NCBI GenBank assembly: GCA_050309605.1
Contig: JBNRMN010000063.1
Coordinates: 32,001-96,000 of the forward strand
DNA length: 64,000 nt
Origin: Anaerohalosphaeraceae bacterium
GTDB taxonomy: Bacteria; Planctomycetota; Phycisphaerae; Sedimentisphaerales; Anaerohalosphaeraceae
Reading direction: 5' to 3'
Under the pieces are notes generated by a model. That model saw nothing but the letters and a program-made list of their open reading frames with translations. It did no database searches and was not told the origin of the DNA. Every line of letters starts with the position of its first letter. Positions within the stretch are counted from its first letter, which is position 1. The translations under genes and the position numbers were made by a program. This document shows positions 46,017 through 56,025 of this stretch, piece after piece.

Positions 46017-47480
46017 TTAATCCTGACTCGCTTGGCCGTCCGTAATCACCCGGTGCAACATCTGAACGGCCTGATCGTCGGGCATTTTCTCAAGGGCCTG
46101 ACCGATTGCTTCGACGGCGCGTTGCGGTTTACCGTCTTGATGCAGCACAAAAGCCATCATAAACGCCAGCTCACCGGATTCGCTGCGCTGCTGCCACTGG
46201 GTCATCTCAACCAGCCGGTTCTCAAACACATCCCGGTCGCCGATCAGTTCCGCCAGATCGACTTTTTCCGACGCGACCATTGGATTCCGAACAATGGCTC
46301 TGCGCAAATGATATGAACTGCTGACGTATTCTCCCGCCGCAAACAGGGCAAACGCCTGCCCGGCATAGGGGCGCGCATCTCGAGGCGTCCAGACCGCCGC
46401 CAGCGCAAACGCATCAGCGGCTTTGTAGAATTTACCTTCTTTCAGGAACCGCTCAGCGGCGGTCAGATATTGCGCCGCACGTGCAGCGGCAAGTCGTTCG
46501 AAGGTCTTGTACTGACTGAGCAGTGCCGCCGCTTCGGCCTGCTGTTCTTCGGTCAGGATCGGCTCGTCCTGCTCGCTGTCGATTGCTGCACCGGGCTGTT
46601 GTCCGCCGGCGACAGGCGGCTGCTGGGCCTCTTGCGCTTGCGAATCGGACAGTTCGGGCCGCTCGCGGAGCAGTTCCGCAATGCGTTCGGAACCTTCCTG
46701 CCGCAGTTGTTCTTCCAGTTCTTCAATAAATTCATCCCGAACGCGCTCTTCCGGTTTTAAGTCCGCCTCCGGCTGCTCGGTCTCTGTCTGCTCGCGGGCA
46801 AGCTGCTGCCTGTCCTTCAGTTCTTCCGGCAGCAAATAGTCTTTGAAGAACAATGACTCGGTTAAGCGTTCCTCGCGGGCCATGACCTGCTCTGTCGATT
46901 GAAGCTGACGCGACGGGTCTGTTTCCTCCCGCACCTGCATTTGCCGTGAGAGGACCCGCTCCAGTTCGGCGCCGCTGAGCGACAGCGGACGCGGGCGAAA
47001 CTGTGTCCCGACCGTCTGGGCCAGCATCGGCGGCGTATAAGGGTCCGCCTGCCCCTGGCTGGTGATCATCGGCGAGAACAATCCCGCACCGCCCGGCTGA
47101 GTGGTCGAGGCAACGGTACGCCGGGGGTCATAATACGAGCGGAATTGACCCGGCGAACGATCCGACGCGATAGGGTCGTAGGAACGCCGCAAAAAACTAT
47201 CGACCGGACTGTTGGCCGACGAGCCGTAGTAATAGCCGGAGCTGTAAGGAACGGTTCCCCGGAAATGTGCCATGCCTCCCACATGTCCGGTAACGATATT
47301 GTCTCTGCCCGCCGTGTCAAACGGACGGCTTGGCACCAGGCCGCTGCGCCCGGCGCTGGGCACGGCTGTCGGCGAGCCGGCCGGCGAGCTGATCGACGAA
47401 CGGACATTGGGGTTTTCTACCGCCCAAAGCGGCGCGGCCGATACCGCCAGAACAACAACTAAAATAATGGCATTCTTCAT
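46017..47480 (-). CDS. Secreted protein with C-terminal TPR-like repeats
   Basis: Signal peptide; low-complexity middle; helical repeats (GKFYKAADAF, AGEYVSS). Confidence 0.7.
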   Translation of the reverse strand: MKNAIILVVVLAVSAAPLWAVENPNVRSSISSPAGSPTAVPSAGRSGLVPSRPFDTAGRDNIVTGHVGGMAHFRGTVPYSSGYYYGSSANSPVDSFLRRSYDPIASDRSPGQFRSYYDPRRTVASTTQPGGAGLFSPMITSQGQADPYTPPMLAQTVGTQFRPRPLSLSGAELERVLSRQMQVREETDPSRQLQSTEQVMAREERLTESLFFKDYLLPEELKDRQQLAREQTETEQPEADLKPEERVRDEFIEELEEQLRQEGSERIAELLRERPELSDSQAQEAQQPPVAGGQQPGAAIDSEQDEPILTEEQQAEAAALLSQYKTFERLAAARAAQYLTAAERFLKEGKFYKAADAFALAAVWTPRDARPYAGQAFALFAAGEYVSSSYHLRRAIVRNPMVASEKVDLAELIGDRDVFENRLVEMTQWQQRSESGELAFMMAFVLHQDGKPQRAVEAIGQALEKMPDDQAVQMLHRVITDGQASQD

Positions 47481-48370
47481 ATTGTACCTCCCTGTTCATT
47501 GAGCAATTGCGTTTTTGATTGGCGATCCGCATATCGCGGTTTTTGTGCCCAGCTCAATTTGGACGCCAGCGTGTCCCATTGCGTTCGCAGGGGATTGTTG
47601 ACCACCAGAAATTGGCCGGCGTGTTTGCGGATCGCGATCACATCATTTTTCAACAGCCGCTGCTGTACCTGGCCGTCCAAAAGCAGCGTAGTGTTTTCGT
47701 TGACGCGCAGCGGTTCAATCCGAAGCTGCTGATCGGCGTTGAGTACGATAGGACGAAAACTCAGCGAATGCGGACAAATCGGCGTCAGCACAATGGCCGA
47801 CAGGTTGGCCGACAAAATCGGACCGCCTGCCGAGAGATTATACGCTGTCGAGCCGGTCGGCGTGGAGACAATCACGCCGTCGCCGATGCAGACCGCCAGT
47901 TTCTGGTTTTGGACGGTCAGCTTCAATTCGAGCATATTAAACGGCGCCCCGGCAGTGAGCACCACATCATTGACGGCGGTATAGGAGAAAATATCTCGTC
48001 CCTGCCGGATAATATCACAATGCAGAATCATTCGCTTTTCAATGAGCGTTTGACCTGTAATAATACGGTCAAATTGCTCGGTCAGTTCTTCAATACTAAA
48101 TTCAGCCAGAAAGCCGAGTTTGCCGACATTGACCCCAATGACCGGCACGCTGGTCCGGCACAATTCACGGGCGGCCCGAAGAATCGTGCCGTCGCCCCCA
48201 AAGACGACCGCAAAATCCGCCTGCCGCAGTTCATTCACCTCGCAGCCGGTTTCCAGACAATTGGCAACGATTTCAGCACGCCCGGCGGCAAACGTCAGAA
48301 ACCGATCCATCGCTTCCCGTGCGTGAGGACGACTTAAATCACCAAAAACAATCAACTTAGGTTTTTTCAT
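47477..48370 (-). CDS. nadK: NAD kinase
   Basis: GGDGT, GKLGFL, ND, STPTGSTAYNLSAGGP. Confidence 0.96.
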   Translation of the reverse strand: MKKPKLIVFGDLSRPHAREAMDRFLTFAAGRAEIVANCLETGCEVNELRQADFAVVFGGDGTILRAARELCRTSVPVIGVNVGKLGFLAEFSIEELTEQFDRIITGQTLIEKRMILHCDIIRQGRDIFSYTAVNDVVLTAGAPFNMLELKLTVQNQKLAVCIGDGVIVSTPTGSTAYNLSAGGPILSANLSAIVLTPICPHSLSFRPIVLNADQQLRIEPLRVNENTTLLLDGQVQQRLLKNDVIAIRKHAGQFLVVNNPLRTQWDTLASKLSWAQKPRYADRQSKTQLLNEQGGTI

Positions 48371-48388
48371 ATGCGCCCGATGACATCC

Positions 48389-48430
48389 TTCTATCTTCTA
48401 TCTTCTGTCTTCTGTCTTCTGACTTCTGAC
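48389..48430. repeat. Heptamer tandem repeat (TTCTATC)x2 (TTCTGTC)x2 (TTCTGAC)x2
   Basis: Directly visible, abuts the dxs stop codon. Confidence 0.95.
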
Positions 48431-50356
48431 TTAACTATCGACCTTTTCGGGCTGATATTTGAGGCATTTTACGGTTTCGACAATTTGATCGGCGGTATTT
48501 TTCATCCAGAAAAGCTGTTTACTGCGTTTGGCCGCGGGCAAATACACATCGCCGGCGCCCAGCAGAACCGTTCGTCCGATGCTGTCAAAAAACCGCTCGT
48601 CTTTATCTTCGCGGGCTGTTTCGGTTGCCTTTTCAAGCAGGGCCGAGCCGAAGCCTGCGGCAATGCAGTGATCTTCGATGGTGATGACGGTTTTTCCCAT
48701 CCGGAACCACTCCATCAAGGCCGCATCCAGCGGCTTGGCGAATCGGGCATTCACGACGGTCACCGACAGTCCGTCCTGTTCCAACTGTTCGGCGGCCTGA
48801 AGGGCTTGTCCGACTGGCCAGCCCAGCGCGACCAGGACAAAATCCGAATCCCCCTCGCGCAGCACCGCACTTGTACCGATTTGATAGGGAATCTGCGAGC
48901 TAAACGACTCGGCCGGTACGGCGTCTTTGGGATAACGGATGACAAACGGCGAATCGGAACGGGCCGCCAATTCCAGCGACCGGTGCAATTCCCACTCGTC
49001 GGCCGGGGCCGCAATGACTACATTGGGCCAGACGCGCAGATAGCCGATATCCCACAGTCCGTGATGGGTCGGCCCGTCGTTGCCGACCGCTCCGGCCCGG
49101 TCGATGCAGAACACCACCGGCAGATTCTGCAGCGAGGCCTCCTGGAAGATCTGATCGATACTCCGCTGCAAAAAGGTCGAATAAATGCACACAAAAGGTT
49201 TAAGTCCCTGTTTGGCCATCCCCGCGGCCATATCCACCGCTACGCTTTCGGCAATCCCTACGTCATAATACCGATTCTTGAAGCGCCGGCGAAATTTGAT
49301 CAGCCCCGTGCCGTCCGGCATTGCGGCGGTAATTGCAATGATCTTGTCGTCGCGTCCGGCCAGCTCGGCCAGGCCGTCGCCGAAGGCCTCGGTAAAGGTC
49401 CGTTCGCCGCCAATCGGGGTTTCGCTTTCGCCGTTCAGTTCAAATGGGCCGGTGCTGTGATATTTGCACGGATTGTCGTCGGCGGGGGTAAAGCCTTTGC
49501 CTTTTTTGGTGTAAACATGCAGCAGGGCCGGCCGATCCAGCTCGGACAGCGCCTTGAACAAATCGATCAGCGAGGCGATATCGTGCCCGTCCACCGGGCC
49601 GAAGTAGGCAATGTTCAGACTTTCGAACAGGCGGCTCGGTGAAATCGCCATTCGCAGTGTCTTTTTGACATTCTCCAGCGTCTCTTCCATCCGCCTGCCG
49701 ATCAACGGCAAATGCTCCAGCATCCGGTTGGTGGTCTTGCGAATGTCTTCATAAGTATGGCTTAGGCGCACCCGTGACAGAAAACCGGCCATCGCTCCCT
49801 GGGTCACATCAATCGCCATGGAGTTGTCGTTCAACACAATCAGCAGTTGCCGCTTGACCAGACTGATGTTGTTCAGTGCTTCAAACGACAGGCCGTTGAC
49901 GATGCTGGCGTCGCCGACCAGCGCGACGATTTTTTCATCCGTGCCGTTGTGCTCGGCGCCCAGTGCCATTCCCAGCGCCGTGGCGATGGACGTGCCCGCA
50001 TGGCCGACGGTAAACACATCGCAATCGCTCTCAACGGGACTGGGAAAACCGCTCAGGCCGTCTTCCTGACGCAGCCGTTCAAACATCTCCCGCCGACCGG
50101 TCAGGATTTTGTGAGCGTAGCACTGATGCCCCACATCCCACAACAGACGATCCCGATGGAAATCGAACGCGCGGTGCATTGCAATCGTCAATTCCACCAC
50201 TCCCAGGTTACTGGCCAGATGTCCGCCGGTGCGGCTGACCGAATGCGTGATGACCTGACGTATTTCCTCGGCCAGTTGTGTCAACTGATCGACCGTCAGC
50301 GACTGCAAATCATCCGGCCCGTTTATTGTATCAAGTAATGTTGTCATATCGTTCAA
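48431..50356 (-). CDS. dxs: 1-deoxy-D-xylulose-5-phosphate synthase
   Basis: GGHLASNLG, WDVGHQCYAHK, LNDN, GIAE, YSTFLQR, DGPTHHG. Confidence 0.97.
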   Translation of the reverse strand: MNDMTTLLDTINGPDDLQSLTVDQLTQLAEEIRQVITHSVSRTGGHLASNLGVVELTIAMHRAFDFHRDRLLWDVGHQCYAHKILTGRREMFERLRQEDGLSGFPSPVESDCDVFTVGHAGTSIATALGMALGAEHNGTDEKIVALVGDASIVNGLSFEALNNISLVKRQLLIVLNDNSMAIDVTQGAMAGFLSRVRLSHTYEDIRKTTNRMLEHLPLIGRRMEETLENVKKTLRMAISPSRLFESLNIAYFGPVDGHDIASLIDLFKALSELDRPALLHVYTKKGKGFTPADDNPCKYHSTGPFELNGESETPIGGERTFTEAFGDGLAELAGRDDKIIAITAAMPDGTGLIKFRRRFKNRYYDVGIAESVAVDMAAGMAKQGLKPFVCIYSTFLQRSIDQIFQEASLQNLPVVFCIDRAGAVGNDGPTHHGLWDIGYLRVWPNVVIAAPADEWELHRSLELAARSDSPFVIRYPKDAVPAESFSSQIPYQIGTSAVLREGDSDFVLVALGWPVGQALQAAEQLEQDGLSVTVVNARFAKPLDAALMEWFRMGKTVITIEDHCIAAGFGSALLEKATETAREDKDERFFDSIGRTVLLGAGDVYLPAAKRSKQLFWMKNTADQIVETVKCLKYQPEKVDS

Positions 50357-50387
50357 TTCTGCTCAAAATCGTTTATCATTTATCATT

Positions 50388-51302
50388 TCATTGCAGCGGC
50401 AGCGTCCAGCGCTGTGCCGTACCAACCGCTTTTATGTCTATCGCCGAGGACGTCAAATCAACCGTGTACCACACCGCCGCCTGATCGGCATGTTCAACCA
50501 CCGCCTCCAGCGATATATATTCAATACCGTTTTGCCGCAGCCGGCCGCCGCGATGGGTGTGGCCGCAAACATACGCCTTGACACACGGATGGCGTTCCAG
50601 CAGTGCGACCACCGCTTCAGCATTCCAGAGCGTGTGCTTTTCGCCGAACGGAACCAGCGGCAGATGCCCGAACACCACCGCCGGCATCGTCTTGGCGTCC
50701 GCGTCTGTCAAGACCTCATCCAGCCAGGCTAACTGCGCGTCGCCTGCCGCGCCGTTATACGGCTGGGCATTGTCCGCGCCCTGACGGCGCAGCGACTCAA
50801 GCATCGCCGAGGCCGTTTGGTACGGCTTGCTGTCTTGTCCCCAGCCGCCCTGGACCGCAACATCCTGTGTATCCAGCACCACAAACCGCCATCCGTTTCG
50901 GTCAAACGCATAATACGCACGCTCCATCGCCAGGATTGCCAGCGTCTGTTCGCGCCTCAGCCCGTCAAAGTCATGGTTGCCGAGCACATGATACCGCGGC
51001 ATTCGCAGCCGATGATAAATCGCCGCCGCTGCGGTTAATTCGTCGTGCGCCTGGTCGCCGCCGTCGATCAAATCGCCCAGTTGCATCACAAACGCCGGTC
51101 CGGGCTGCTGCGCGTTCAGGGTTGCGACACATTCGGCAAGCCGATCTTTTGCCTGGGCATAATACCGTCCGTCGGCGGTCGGCTTTTGGGCATATTGCAC
51201 ATCCGCCAGCAAAGCAAACGTCATCGTTCGATCATCCTGCTCCATACATCCGCCCATTATGCATACCGCTGAGACCAACCCCAATGCAATAGAATTTTTC
51301 AT
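50388..51302 (-). CDS. Metallophosphoesterase resembling Mn-dependent ADP-ribose/CDP-alcohol diphosphatase; probable lipoprotein
   Basis: ADVQY, LGDLIDG, GNHD, YNG, GHTH; N-terminal hydrophobic stretch ending GGC. Confidence 0.8.
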   Translation of the reverse strand: MKNSIALGLVSAVCIMGGCMEQDDRTMTFALLADVQYAQKPTADGRYYAQAKDRLAECVATLNAQQPGPAFVMQLGDLIDGGDQAHDELTAAAAIYHRLRMPRYHVLGNHDFDGLRREQTLAILAMERAYYAFDRNGWRFVVLDTQDVAVQGGWGQDSKPYQTASAMLESLRRQGADNAQPYNGAAGDAQLAWLDEVLTDADAKTMPAVVFGHLPLVPFGEKHTLWNAEAVVALLERHPCVKAYVCGHTHRGGRLRQNGIEYISLEAVVEHADQAAVWYTVDLTSSAIDIKAVGTAQRWTLPLQ

Positions 51303-51314
51303 TCGTCTTATCGG

Positions 51315-52232
51315 TTAATTTTTTCGATTCAGCATTTCCATCGCAAGCTGCCGCAGGATATCGGCGCGCGGGCCGAAATGCCCAACGGCCTCTATCGCCT
51401 CGTTGGTTACCCGACGCAGCAGCACGCGCGATTCATCCGCCCCGACCAGGGACGGATACGTCAGTTTGCCCTGGGCGGCGTCCTTGCCGGCGGTTTTGCC
51501 GAGTTGTTCACTACTGGCGGACACATCAAGCAAATCATCGGCAATCTGAAACCCCAGCCCGATTTTCAGACCGTATTCCAGCAGGGCCGTCAAGTCCCGC
51601 TCGGAGGCATTGCCCGCAATCGCCCCCAATCCCGCAGCCGCAGAAAACATCTTGGCGGTCTTGTGGATATGGATATACCGCAATCGGTCCATCGTTCCGG
51701 CGGCGTTTTCGCTTTCCAAATCCGCCATTTGCCCGGCGATCATCCCGCTCGGCCCGGCCGCCTCAGCCAGTGTGCGAATCATCCGCACCGCGACCTGAGC
51801 ATCGTCAATATGGCGCGCCGGCAGCTCAAAGGCCAGCGTCAACAGCCCGTCGCCGGCCAGAATCGCTGTCGCCTCGTCAAACTGTTTATGACAACTGGGC
51901 CGGCCGCGACGCATATCATCATCGTCCATCGCCGGCAGATCGTCGTGAATCAGCGAATACGTATGCACCATTTCAATCGCCGCCGCGGCGATACGGGCTG
52001 CATCGGTAATCCGGCCGGACGTCAATTCACTGCACCACAGCACCAGTGCTGCGCGAATCCGCTTGCCGCCGCCCTGGAGCATATAACGCATCGCTTTTAG
52101 CAGCCGCAGCGGAATCCCCGTCTGGGCGTCCAGTATCCGTCCCAGTTCCTGACCGGCAAGATCCGCTTTACGGGCCAGTTCCGCCCGAAATGCCTCGCGG
52201 GTCTTGTCGTTACTTGTCGTTTCTGTCAGCAC
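51315..52232 (-). CDS. ispA: Farnesyl/geranylgeranyl diphosphate synthase
   Basis: GGKRIR, SLIHDDLPAMDDDDMRRG, FQIADD, GKTAGKD. Confidence 0.94.
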   Translation of the reverse strand: MLTETTSNDKTREAFRAELARKADLAGQELGRILDAQTGIPLRLLKAMRYMLQGGGKRIRAALVLWCSELTSGRITDAARIAAAAIEMVHTYSLIHDDLPAMDDDDMRRGRPSCHKQFDEATAILAGDGLLTLAFELPARHIDDAQVAVRMIRTLAEAAGPSGMIAGQMADLESENAAGTMDRLRYIHIHKTAKMFSAAAGLGAIAGNASERDLTALLEYGLKIGLGFQIADDLLDVSASSEQLGKTAGKDAAQGKLTYPSLVGADESRVLLRRVTNEAIEAVGHFGPRADILRQLAMEMLNRKN

Positions 52233-52330
52233 AATAAATTCCTGTATGATTCTGAACGAAAAACACTATCATTATAGACGTTCTTGTCGAGTTCGAACAG
52301 AAAAAACCGCTGCGGCGGACAAACAAGGGT

Positions 52331-53290
52331 ATGGGTATGATATGGCTGTTGCTGAGTGTGGGTTTGGCGCTGCTGTATATCGGGGCGGAAATGCTGGTCA
52401 AGGGGGCTGTGGTCATCGCCCAGCGACTGGGCGTCGGGCCGCTGGTCATCGGGCTGACGATTGTCGCTTTCGGCACCAGTGCCCCGGAATTGACCGTCAG
52501 TCTCCAGGCGGCCCTGGACGGGTCGGGTCATATCGCCGCGGCCAACGTGGTCGGTTCGAATATCTTCAATCTGGCCGTGATTTTAGGCTTATCCGCTCTG
52601 ATTTGCCCAATTCATATAACCGCCCGGATCATTCGTGTGGATATGCCGATTATGATCGCTGCTTCGCTGGTCGGCGTCGCGGTCCTGCACGATCAGGCCC
52701 TGAGCCGTCTCGAAGGTCTGTTGTTAAGTTCCGGCATCGTCGCCTATACGGTGTTCTCGTTTTATCTGGCCCGACGCTGCCCGGACGACAGCCTGTCCGA
52801 TCAGGTCGAACACATGCTTGGCAAGCCCTCCTTGCGTTCGAGTCGTGCCGGATGGGTCAGCATCGGGGCGGTTCTTGTGGGGCTTATGCTGCTGGTGCTC
52901 GGCTCAAAATTCCTGGTCGAAGGGGCGGTGCGGCTGGCCCGACTGATCGGCTTGTCTGAAACACTCATCGGCCTGACCCTTGTCAGCGCGGGTACAAGCC
53001 TGCCGGAACTGGCCACCTCGGTGGTCGCGGCCGCCCGTAAACAGCCGGATATCGCCGTGGGCAATATCGTCGGCTCAAATATCTTTAATCTACTGGCCAT
53101 ACTGGGCTTATCTTCCGCTATCGTGCCTTTTTCCGTCGCGGGACTGACCGGCATTGATGCCGCGGTGATGCTGGGAGCCGCCGTACTGATTTTGCCGCTG
53201 ATGTGGAGCCGTTTTACCCTCTCGCGAATCGAAGGCGTAATCCTTCTGGCGGTCTATATCGTCTATATCGCCTACCGATGGTCTGTTTGA
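52331..53290 (+). CDS. Calcium/sodium antiporter (YrbG family)
   Basis: Two alpha repeats: GTSAPE..GSNIFN and GTSLPE..GNIVGSNIFN. Confidence 0.93.
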   Translation: MGMIWLLLSVGLALLYIGAEMLVKGAVVIAQRLGVGPLVIGLTIVAFGTSAPELTVSLQAALDGSGHIAAANVVGSNIFNLAVILGLSALICPIHITARIIRVDMPIMIAASLVGVAVLHDQALSRLEGLLLSSGIVAYTVFSFYLARRCPDDSLSDQVEHMLGKPSLRSSRAGWVSIGAVLVGLMLLVLGSKFLVEGAVRLARLIGLSETLIGLTLVSAGTSLPELATSVVAAARKQPDIAVGNIVGSNIFNLLAILGLSSAIVPFSVAGLTGIDAAVMLGAAVLILPLMWSRFTLSRIEGVILLAVYIVYIAYRWSV

Positions 53291-53435
53291 AAGATCAACA
53301 ATCAAAGATGAAAGAGCAAAATTGAGGATTCGTCCTTTCGGGCGAGCCATTTTATGGACTCTGTTAGAACACTGTAACATTTTTTATTTACTGTATTTAT
53401 GTTAAAATAGATCCGGTTTTGTGATCAGTTTGAGT
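53274..53435. mobile_element. MITE-like element copy with eroded left end
   Basis: Colinear with 24734-24886; outer 11 nt of the right TIR identical (TCAGTTTGAGT); contains the stop codons of both convergent flanking genes. Confidence 0.75.
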
Positions 53436-54684
53436 TGGCAGCAGCCTGTTGCGGCTCATTGGGGTCTTGAAGAAAGGCGTCGATCAACACCCCGACCGCC
53501 TCGTCGGAGGCCTTAAAGCCCGCCTGGCCCCCCTGATTCACACAAACCAGCACGGCCAAATCACGTTTCGGTGCAATCCACACGTTGGCATAATTCATCG
53601 TATTGCTGCCCGTATGGTTCAGTACGGTTCCGCCGCCCCAATCGCGATTGACCGCCAGCCAGCCCAGTGCAAAATCATCGCCGAAAGGGGGGGATTGAAT
53701 CCGTTGATAGGTCTGAGGGGTAAGCAAAGCCGGTCGGCCCAACGCTCCTTTGAGCTGGTCGATGACAAAGGCCGCCCAGTCCGCCATAGTACAGTGCACG
53801 CGCCCGGCCGGCCCAAGGATAGGGGGGTTGTCCGCAGCCGGCCCGTTCAAGGCGACCGGCCGGCCGTTCTCGTCATGACCCCACGGCTGATCAAGCTGTC
53901 CGGGTGTACCTGTACCGCCGAAACCGGCTGAGGTCATACCCAAAGGCTCAAAAAGCAGCGAAACCATTTGTTCTTCCCATGGCCTGCCGGTGACTTTTTC
54001 GACCGCCGCTCCGGCCAGAACGTAACCCACATTCGAATAATGGGCTGTCGAGCCGGGAGGATGTCGTGGGGGGTCGCAAACCGCTTTTTGCACAACGGCA
54101 AACCGCTGTTCCCAAAGCGTGTTCATTTGAGATAACTGATGCCAGTCATAATTCGCCTCCAGTCCGGCCCGATGCGAAAGCAATTGAAGTATCGTAACCG
54201 CCTTCATTTCCGGTCGCATCCGGCAGGACAGTTCCGCAAAAAGCTCTTCCAGCGTGGAATCCCAGCGGAGTTTTTCGCATTCAACCAACCGCCCGATCAA
54301 AGCAGCGGTCATGGCCTTGGTTTCGGAGCCAAGATGCCATAGGTCGTTGACGGTGACGCTCACAGCCGTGCTCCGTTTTCGAACGCCGACAGCGCCAACG
54401 GCGATGATGCCTTCACTGTTGACCACGGCGGCGCAAATCGCCGGAACCTCATATTTTCGGCGAATCGGCTCCAGCAGGTTCACCACGGTCGCGTTGTCGT
54501 TGGCCGAATCATCGGTTGTCCTGTCTGAATTCGACGGGACTGCGTCGTGCGGGGATGAAGCACAGGGCAATGCAATAAGCCAAACCGTTCCGGTAACAAG
54601 AACCAACGTCGCCGCAGCACCGGCGACAAAACCGGATATCGGTGATTGGTATCCCTTTGGGTTTTTCTCAAACGGTCTGACCAT
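53425..54684 (-). CDS. Serine hydrolase, beta-lactamase class C-like family
   Basis: SETK (SxxK), LLSHRAG, YSN, HTG. Confidence 0.88.
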   Translation of the reverse strand: MVRPFEKNPKGYQSPISGFVAGAAATLVLVTGTVWLIALPCASSPHDAVPSNSDRTTDDSANDNATVVNLLEPIRRKYEVPAICAAVVNSEGIIAVGAVGVRKRSTAVSVTVNDLWHLGSETKAMTAALIGRLVECEKLRWDSTLEELFAELSCRMRPEMKAVTILQLLSHRAGLEANYDWHQLSQMNTLWEQRFAVVQKAVCDPPRHPPGSTAHYSNVGYVLAGAAVEKVTGRPWEEQMVSLLFEPLGMTSAGFGGTGTPGQLDQPWGHDENGRPVALNGPAADNPPILGPAGRVHCTMADWAAFVIDQLKGALGRPALLTPQTYQRIQSPPFGDDFALGWLAVNRDWGGGTVLNHTGSNTMNYANVWIAPKRDLAVLVCVNQGGQAGFKASDEAVGVLIDAFLQDPNEPQQAAANSN

Positions 54685-54727
54685 ACGATAATTGTACAGC
54701 GATTTGACGGCTGTTGAAAGAGGCGTA

Positions 54728-55867
54728 TTATCGCAATTTCAGTGTCGCCAGAGCGATGACGGCAAAGGCGATCGACAGCAGCCAGAAGCGGACGACCACC
54801 TGCGGCTCGGACCAGCCGGCCAGGTGGAAGTGATGGTGTATCGGGGCGCAGCGAAAGATGCGTTTGCCGCCGGAGTATTTAAAGTAGCCCACTTGCAGGA
54901 CGACGCTGAACAGCTCCATCATAAACACGCCGCCGATAACAAACAGCAGCAGCTCGTTTCGCGTAACAATCGCCCCGTATCCCATTGCTGCACCCAGCGG
55001 CAGCGAGCCGACATCGCCCATAAACACCTGCGCCGGATGACAGTTGTACCACAAAAACCCGAAAATCGCCCCGCTCAGCGCAGCAAAAAACACGCACAGC
55101 TCACCTGATTCGGGGATATGCGGCAGCAGCAGATAACTGGCCCAGGTCATTTGGTGCGCCTTGGACATATATTCAGAGGCAATGTAACACAGAACCACCA
55201 GCACAATCGACATAATGCCCACGCAGCCGCTGGCCAGTCCGTCCATTCCATCGGTCAGATTCACCGCGTTGCTGGTGGCGGTGATATACAGCACTGTAAC
55301 GATCGCGAACATCCACATCGCCAGCGGGATGCCGTGCTTGTAAAACGGCAGCCAGAACATCTTGGCGTCATCGATATTCTGAAAATCGCCGTACAGAAAA
55401 TACGCAATCAGCACCGACCCGCCGAATTGCCAGGCGAGTTTTTCCCACGGCTTGAGCCCGTCGCGGCTGCGCTGTCGGATCTTGCCGGTCAGCTTGAGCC
55501 AGTCATCGACCGCGCCGACGCCGCCGAACCACAGGACTAAAAAGATCGCCTTGTGGATAAACGGATTGCTCAGTCTGGCCCACAGCAGCGTTCCGACCAA
55601 AATCGCGGTCAGGATGATGATCCCGCCCATCGTCGGCGTATTGGCGCGCTGACGCATCAGCTCGTTGAGGGCGGCGTGGTGAAATTCGGGCCGGTCGCCG
55701 ATCTTCATTCGCATCAGCCAGCGAATCACACGCGGCGCCATCAGCAGCGCCACCAACAGACTGGTCAGCGCCGCGAGCACCGCGCGAAACAGCACGTCCT
55801 CATAAGCGTAAAACCCCATCCGGTGGGTGAAACTGTCCCGCAGCCAATAAAGCAGATGATAAATCAC
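54728..55867 (-). CDS. mraY: Phospho-N-acetylmuramoyl-pentapeptide transferase
   Basis: TPTMGG, DDW, NAVNLTDGMDGL, VFMGDVGS, APIHHHF. Confidence 0.96.
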   Translation of the reverse strand: MIYHLLYWLRDSFTHRMGFYAYEDVLFRAVLAALTSLLVALLMAPRVIRWLMRMKIGDRPEFHHAALNELMRQRANTPTMGGIIILTAILVGTLLWARLSNPFIHKAIFLVLWFGGVGAVDDWLKLTGKIRQRSRDGLKPWEKLAWQFGGSVLIAYFLYGDFQNIDDAKMFWLPFYKHGIPLAMWMFAIVTVLYITATSNAVNLTDGMDGLASGCVGIMSIVLVVLCYIASEYMSKAHQMTWASYLLLPHIPESGELCVFFAALSGAIFGFLWYNCHPAQVFMGDVGSLPLGAAMGYGAIVTRNELLLFVIGGVFMMELFSVVLQVGYFKYSGGKRIFRCAPIHHHFHLAGWSEPQVVVRFWLLSIAFAVIALATLKLR

Positions 55868-55870
55868 GGA

Positions 55871-55908
55871 TAGTTCTTAGTTCGTAGTTTTTAGTTCGTA
55901 GTTCGTAG
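55871..55908. repeat. Heptamer tandem repeat (TAGTTCG-type) x5
   Basis: TAGTTCT TAGTTCG TAGTTTT TAGTTCG TAGTTCG, 3 bp upstream of the mraY start. Confidence 0.9.
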
Positions 55909-55927
55909 GATGGGAATTGAACCGCAC

Positions 55928-56004
55928 AAGCCGAGCCGCGCAAGCGGCCGGGTGTCCAGCGCCCATCGCATTGCCATGTATCGGGCAGCTCGCGCTGCCG
56001 CGTT
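55928..56004. repeat. REP doublet (family A) between murF and mraY
   Basis: AGCCGAGCCGC-GCAA-GCGGCCGG ... ATCGGGCAGC-TCGC-GCTGCCGCG. Confidence 0.8.
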
Positions 56005-56025
56005 TTTGTTCTCGCAGGCCGGGTC

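Noticed and set aside
44439..46316. 625-aa plus-strand ORF
   Set aside because: It is the antisense shadow of the DinG-family helicase.
53425..54684. Antibiotic resistance beta-lactamase
   Set aside because: SxxK/YxN/HTG motifs fit the broad serine hydrolase family, so resistance cannot be inferred.
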